Assembly: GCA_951406725.2 (NCBI GenBank)
Contig: OX597831.1
Coordinates: 2,604,001-2,668,000, forward strand
Reading direction: 5' to 3'
Origin: Octopus vulgaris
Taxonomy: Eukaryota
DNA: 64,000 bases
Shown here: positions 57,140-64,000 of the stretch, in pieces
Position numbering within the stretch: the first letter of the stretch is position 1
Layout: each line of letters begins with the position of its first letter
Notes under the pieces: generated by a model
Told to the model about the DNA's origin: nothing
The model's input: only the letters and a program-made list of their open reading frames with translations
The model's database searches: none
Program-made: the position numbers and the translations under genes

Positions 57140-60100
57140 AACAGGTCTGCAACCTAAAAATTGTTTCACATTTATTGGGTGAAATTGATAATTTTTACCT
57201 GTGATATCAAAAATTACAAAGAAATTAATTATCCTACCATGTACAGTTTCTTCACAAAATTAATCATTGCATTTTACCATTATGCCTGAATTTGACTATT
57301 GTCTTTCATTGTTACTATTAATTACCATACGTAGGAGTGGCTGTGTGGTAAGTAGCTTGCTTACCAACCACATGGTTCCGGGTTCAGTCCCACTGCGTGG
57401 CACCTTGGGCAAGTGTCTTCTACTATAGCCTCGGGCTGACCAAAGCCTTGTGAGTGGATTTGATAGATGGAAACTAAAAGAAGCCCGTCATATATATGTA
57501 TGTATATATATATGTATGTATGTATGTGTGTGTATATGTTTGTGTGTCTGTGTTTGTCCCCCAACATCGCTTGATAATCGATGGTGGTGTGTTTACGTCC
57601 CCGTAACTTAGCAGTTTGGCAAAAAAGACCGATAGAATAAGTAGTAGGCTTCCAAAGAATAAGTCCTGGGGTCGATTTCCTCAAGTAAAGGTGGTGCTCC
57701 TGTATGGCCACAGTCAAATGACTGAAACAAGTAAAAGAGTAAAAGAGTATATTCATTTAAATGGTAAATCAAATATATAATGTCAAAAAATGTCCCCTTC
57801 TTCTTTCTTACAGACCCCCCCGCATCATTTGAAGCAAGGATGTCTTCTAGAAGATGTGAAGCAAGTCCAGAGAAACCTTATCAAGTGTGTCAAAATATCT
57901 TATTGTGCCTACTTTGGTGTGAAATTAGAGACCAAGATAAGAAGAGGGCTTCTTATCAATCCTGGTTAATTTGTGTTGAAGAACTAAGACAATGGACAAA
58001 ATGTACAAAGTCATTTGATTTTGGGGGTCCAGTGATATGGAGGGAGCCGAAAAATCAGTGCTGATTGCTACCTTTGTTAATGTAAAGTATAGGGACGCAA
58101 TTCAAAGAATGGGAAAACATTATTTATCCAAACTGCCCATTTGCATTGTGATTTGTTCCCCATTGACCAGATGTTCCAGGTCCATCACTACCAGGAAACC
58201 TTAAAACATATGCTTGAGATTTGAGTCTGAAGGCATAAATAATAATAACGATGAAGATGCAGTAATCATGAAGGAAACATGAAAATTTGGTGTCACTCTT
58301 ACACAAGATTAAATTCAAAGATCACAACTAGATGATTTGCAGCGACTTGAAAAAAATATTTATTTCTTTACTACCCACAAGGGGCTAAACACAGAGAGGA
58401 CAAACAAGGACAGACAAAGGGATTAAGTCGATTACATCGACCCCAGTGCGCAACTGGTACTTAATTTATCGACCCCGAAAGGATGAAAGGCAAAGTCGAC
58501 CTCGGCGGAATTTGAACTCAGAACGTAACGGCAGACGAAAAACGGCCACGCATTTCGCCCGGCGTGCTAACGTTTCTGCCAGCTCGCCGCCTTTAAAGAA
58601 ATATTGCATGTTGCTTGGACAACAGTCAGACTTCACAGAGTTTCCTTGTTTCTTGTGTGAATTGGACAGTAGAGCCAGGGACCTCCATTGGTCTAAAAAG
58701 AATAGCCAAGTAGGGAGATGCTTATACTAGAAACATATCCTTTGAGAAAGTTTAGATCATCCGAAAAGGGTTCTTTTGTATCCTCTACATATAAAACTTG
58801 GCCTCATGAAGCAACTTATAAAAAATTTGCTGCAGGATGGAGAGGGCTTCATGTATTTGTGTATGAAATTTCCTGCTCTATCAGATACCAAGATTGAAGA
58901 GGATGTATTTGTAGGACCAGATATAAGGAAACCTATGAAGGATAAAAATTTTGAAAACTCTCTTAGTGATTCTGAATAAGTTGCATGGATTAGTTTTAAA
59001 GATGTGATGAAGAACTTCTTGGGTAATCAGAAGGATCAAAATTACAAAGACATAGTGGGAAGAATGCTGGAAAATTTCAAAGCCTTAGGATGTAAAATCA
59101 TCATCATCATCATCATCATCATTTGATGTCCAGTCTCCATGCCTGTATGGGTTGGATGGTTTGATATGGAGCTGAACAGCAGGGAGCTGTCCAGATTCCA
59201 ACTGTCTGTTGTGGCATGGTTTCCACAGCTAGATGCCATTCCTAATGCCAACCACTTAACAGAGTGTGTTGGGAGCTTTTTACATGTCACTGTCATGGCT
59301 ATGTTTACACAGCACTGACTTGGGTGCTTTTTAAGTGGCACCAGCATCTGAAAGGATGAGCCTGTATGTATGGAAGACAATGATTTTATTTAGCCTGAGG
59401 TGAACATTAAATTTCATATCCTACATGCCCATCTGGATTTCTTTCTGGAAAGTCTGGGAGATATGAGTAAGGAGTAGAGGAAAGGTTTCACCAAGACATA
59501 AAGAGGATAGAAAGATGTCAGGGAAGATGGAATGTCAGTATGATGGCTGATTACTGCTGGATGATCCCTCAAATGCCCATAAGTGAAAGAGTTCCAGGCA
59601 AAAGAGTTCCAAGTGAAAAAGAAGAGATTTTGAGGTGCTGAATCCAAAAAATGAAAGGAGCCCTCCTAAAATTCTGTTTCTTTACCTTTCAATTGCACTT
59701 GTGCCATTTTATTTTTGCTAAATAAAGAGCCAAGTCCATTTTTATTAGTTTTGTAATGAGCCAGGAAAGCTGTTTGTGTTGCTGTGATGCAGTACAGTTG
59801 TGCTATCACATACTCCAGTGAATCAGAGTTGGACATGTAGGAATACAAAAGGCAGTTCTCTGCCCAAGCAGAGAAGCACTATTTTTAAGCAGTTGGTGAA
59901 AAAATAGCACAGATACAACAGTTCTTTCAATATGAAATAGCTTCTGGCTTTTGACCACCAACTTCGTTCAGCCATCTTGGAGTTATATTGGCTCTCAACT
60001 TGTCACCTCCTGAACAATCTAGTTCATTTATGCTAACTTTGCTTCTGAAAGGTCTGGATGACTCAGCCACAACTCTGCCTCATAACGAACAGTATATTTT

Positions 60101-60786
60101 CGTTTAACCCTTTAGCATTTAAACTGGCCATATCCAGCCAAAAGTATTCTGTCTGTTTTATGTTCAAACTGGCCAGATCTGGTCTCTTACACCAACCCTA
60201 CAATATTGTTTGAATAATTAACAGCTACTTCATCAAAATCTCATAGTTACAAGATAATGCATGATTAGTTCAAAACAATGTGGATAAAAAAGCATTAATC
60301 TTGGCAGAATAATGCAAACACTAAAGGGTTAAGCTAGCTTTGTTCCTATTACCTTACAATGGCTTCCAACAGAATCATTTTGTGCAAAAGTAAGTTATAA
60401 TACTTTACCTGGCTCACATACACATACAGGCTATACACTTTTACTGCTTGTCAGCATTCAATTCTATTTTAATAAAAGTTACAATGTTTCATTTAAAAAC
60501 TGCCTTCTGGCATTCATTACACATGCCTCAAAAGCACATTTAATGGATTTTGTCACAAACACTTTCATACTTTAAATTAGTGACCACTCTCACTGAAGTT
60601 TCATTTTGTCCTACCATATGTTGATTTACCTACAAATGATGGTATATTTGATCATTAAATTTGTGTCAAAATCTCAGGTAATGGGAAAGAGCTTTTTTAA
60701 TATTCCGAACTAACACCTCAAAAATGTATAAAGTAACATACAATTATGAAAACAATTCTCAAATGATTTTGTTCTGCAGACCTGTG
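57140..60786 (+). mobile_element. Chapaev3-like (CMC) DNA transposon relic with four nested insertions
   Basis: TIRs (A)ACAGGTCTGCA / TGCAGACCTGTG. Transposase pieces IRDQDK...VIWREPKN, FPCFLCELDSRA, PLHIKLGLMKQ...FVGPDIRK, FLGN, FHILHAHLDFF and QGRWNVSMMADYCW. Family assignment is from recalled motifs. Confidence 0.8.
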
Positions 60787-61202
60787 TTTATTGATCGTTA
60801 TTTTATTGATTATTGATAGTATATTATTGGTTATGGATATTAACCTATTGATTATGGATATGAACTTATTGGTTATTAATATTATTTTAATTGATTAAGG
60901 TAGCAAGCTGTCAAAATTGTTAGCAACTGTCAAAATGCTCAGCAGCATTCCAATAGTCTATATGGTCTGAGTTCGACTTTGCTTTTCATCTTTTCAGAAG
61001 TCTATAAAATTAGCACCAATTAAGCACTGAGATTGATGTGGTTGACCAGCCTGCCTCACCTGAAATTACTGGCCTTGCACCAAAATTTGAAACCAATATT
61101 GATTTAATTGATTGAGATTTGAACGTCAAATATATAGAATCATAACAACACAAAGTGTTTGGATCAGTGTATTACCCTTTTGGTCTCTCTGCACATATGC
61201 TT

Positions 61203-61388
61203 ACATACATACACATACATACATACATACATACATACATACATACATACATACATACATACATACATACATGCATACATGCATACATACATACATGCAT
61301 ACATATACATACATACATACATACATACATACATACATACATACATACATACATACATACATACATCATACATACATACATACATACA

Positions 61389-61420
<32 letters not shown>

Positions 61421-61726
61421 CATACATACATACATACATACATACATACATACATACATACATACATACATACATACATACATACATACATACATACATA
61501 CATACATACATACATACATACATACATACATACATACATACATACATACATACATACATACATACATACATACATACATACATACATACATACATACATA
61601 CATACATACATACATACATACATACATACATACATACATACATACATACATACATACATACATACATACATACATACATACATACATACATACATACATA
61701 CATACATACATACATACATACATACA

Positions 61727-61758
<32 letters not shown>

Positions 61759-61838
61759 CATACATACATGCATACATACATACATACATACATACATGCA
61801 TACATACATACATACATGCATACATACATACATACATA
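61203..61838. repeat. (ATAC)n microsatellite
   Basis: Direct reading. Confidence 0.95.
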
Positions 61839-61861
61839 CTTCCACACATGCCAGCTTAATT

Positions 61862-62208
61862 TAATCCGTCTTTAGTCGAAAGACACCTGTTGTTATGTCC
61901 TGTTATTTATATTTGTGTAACATTTCTGGGGTTTTTTTTCCGTCCTTGTTTCATATACATTCGTTGCTTTCTTCCAAGGAATGTAATGCTCTTAGCTTAT
62001 TTTTCCTTGGGGCTGACCAGATTGGAGCAATCTCGAGTATAACCAGCTGAAATTGCAAAGATAATCTGGAACTCGACTGAGGATAGAAAACTCCGAATGA
62101 TCCGGCCTTGTTTTCCATGTATCATCTGTCTGGATATTTTGTTTTCCTTGTTTTGTTTCACCTAACTGTCTGGATGTTTTGCGTTCTTGTCCCATATTTG
62201 TATTTTTT
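61862..62208 (+). mobile_element. PLE-like repeat in (ATAC)n carrying a permuted hammerhead
   Basis: Homologous to 3852-4056 (-) and 24886-25015; microsatellite on both sides. Confidence 0.7.
62011..62083 (+). ncRNA. Candidate non-circularly permuted hammerhead ribozyme
   Basis: GGCTG-a-CCAGATT-gga-GCAAT-C-TCGAGT-ataac-CAGCT-GAAA-TTGC-aaagat-AATCTGG-a-ACTCGA-CTGAGGA. Predicted cut after C62032. Confidence 0.6.
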
Positions 62209-62835
62209 ATACCTACATACATACATATATACATACATACATTTATATATACATAAATGCATACATACATACATACATACATATATACATAAATACATAC
62301 ATACATGCATGGTAGAAGTCAGCTCGCACCATCTAAATGCAGTGAGTCCAAACAAATATTTTGAGAGTCCAAGAAGTTATTGTACATTAATTTGTTTTGA
62401 GTGGATTAAAGTATTGCACAGCACTGAGCCCATTTTTCAGTGCTATCAGCTATAAAACCAATGGTACCACAAAGGCTGAGACGACCAGAAATCAACTACA
62501 TTTCATGTTGTTTACGGTTTTTTCGTATTTCATGTTTACAGTTTGTGATGTCCTGTACCCATATATGCATATATATATCATTTATAGCTGCATTATATGG
62601 CTAATAGGTTAAATGAAACATACCTATCTTCATGGCCGAAACAGCTGTCAGTTATAATGTAAATGTATTTTTATATCTTGTTATATTTATTTAGTTATAT
62701 CTCACCATATTATTTGTAATTATTGTACTGTATTAATGTCTAATCTCATTGCTATTGTGTAGTGTTTTAATAAAGTATATGATTCGGTATTATCTGATAG
62801 ATGATGATTGATTTAGATATATTTCTCCATTTTCT

Positions 62836-62879
<44 letters not shown>

Positions 62880-62897
62880 ATTATTATTATTATCATT

Positions 62898-62939
<42 letters not shown>

Positions 62940-62944
<5 letters not shown>

Positions 62945-63173
62945 GAATGGCCAAAAGTCACCTGACAGTAGATCAAAATTCCATAAATGATTTTCAATTT
63001 TATTTATTCATTCCAATTATGAATGTTTAATAATTAAATACTGAGTTAAAATCATGATTTTTTTTCAACATTTGTTTATTTATTAGAGAATTCTCATATA
63101 AAATAATTTTTTGTTTTAATCTTGGAATTAAATGGGTTTTGATTTACTGTCAGGTGACTTTTGGTCAACCCTG
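62940..63173. mobile_element. Tc1/mariner-type MITE
   Basis: TIRs GGCCAAAAGTCACCTGACAGTAGATCAAAA / TTTTGATTTACTGTCAGGTGACTTTTGGTCAACCCTG with TA flanks. Confidence 0.85.
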
Positions 63174-63244
63174 TATATATAGTGTACTGTTCTGTGGTGG
63201 TAAGATCAACATGTATTCCATCTTGTGAGACATAAATATTATGT

Positions 63245-63457
63245 AATAAACGCAATATATATTTTTATGTGCTACTATTAGTTTCATGTGCTGAGAACAT
63301 GCCAAACACTATTTTATAACATGTCTGACATCTTGTTATGCCATGTTGGTAGTGCCTACTGACTATGCCGAGATGTCAGATGTGTTATAAAATAATGTTT
63401 GGCATGTTCTCAGCACATGAAACTAATAGCAGCACATAAAAACATATTGTGTTTATA
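63245..63457. repeat. Near-perfect palindrome with arms of about 90 bp
   Basis: TTTTTATGTGCTACTATTAGTTTCATGTGCTGAGAACATGCCAAACA...CTGACATCT mirrors AGATGTCAG...TGTTTGGCATGTTCTCAGCACATGAAACTAATAGCAGCACATAAAAA. Confidence 0.9.
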
Positions 63458-64000
63458 AAATAATTTTTTTTTTCTCATCTGTTTTTTCTTGTTATCCAAT
63501 GCAACAACTCTATTTTGATATCCCGTAATGTTTTGATGATTCTCCAGAGTCATGAGTAGATTCAACCAATCAGAAAACCTACCTGTTGTAAGTGATATTT
63601 GGTATTTGGAAAAGAGGGTAAGCAAAACAGGATATACAGCCTTTGCTCTTTGAGTAAACTAACCAGGATCTCATCACAGTCTGGCCATTTTACAATCTGT
63701 TTACACTGCTTTTATTTGAGAAGCCACTGTTTTAATCCTGGAACCATGTGGTTGGGAAGCAAATATCTTACCAAATGACCACACTTGCACCTATACATAA
63801 TTTGTTCTATTTTGAAAAAACAAAACAAAACAGAATAAAAACTGATTTCTTGTATCGAACAATTCTGCCTGAAATCATTATCAATTTTCTATGAAATCAC
63901 TGAATTTATTCCCTGGTTCATACGTCTGCTTTGTTTCTCGTTGTTCCAAGGTACTTTGGTACTGACACAGTGATCATCATTTATATGGGCTAAAAAGATG

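Overview
This is AT-rich eukaryotic DNA, almost certainly from an octopus/coleoid cephalopod (inferred from the SINE families and the very dense TA, ATT, CAT, ATAC and GATA microsatellites). I find no intact protein-coding gene. Most ORFs in the track are microsatellite translations or open frames within SINEs and other repeats. The window is a graveyard of repeats: four SINE-like families; relics of hAT (x2, possibly x3), Tigger, mariner and Chapaev3 DNA transposons; piggyBac- and Tc1-type MITEs; a complete non-autonomous Helitron; and fragments of Tx1/L1, RTE, R4/Dong and Penelope-like (PLE) retroelements. The main signal is at the RNA level. At least five microsatellite-associated repeat families carry hammerhead-ribozyme core motifs. 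Two families with unrelated sequences (62011-62083 and 3972-4044; 35785-35848) share one non-circularly permuted, pseudoknotted hammerhead topology with different helix sequences, and a third family (8896-9078, three copies) shows a looser version. There is also a tRNA-headed SINE ending in a PLE-type minimal hammerhead, present as an inverted pair. All folds were worked out by hand and are untested.
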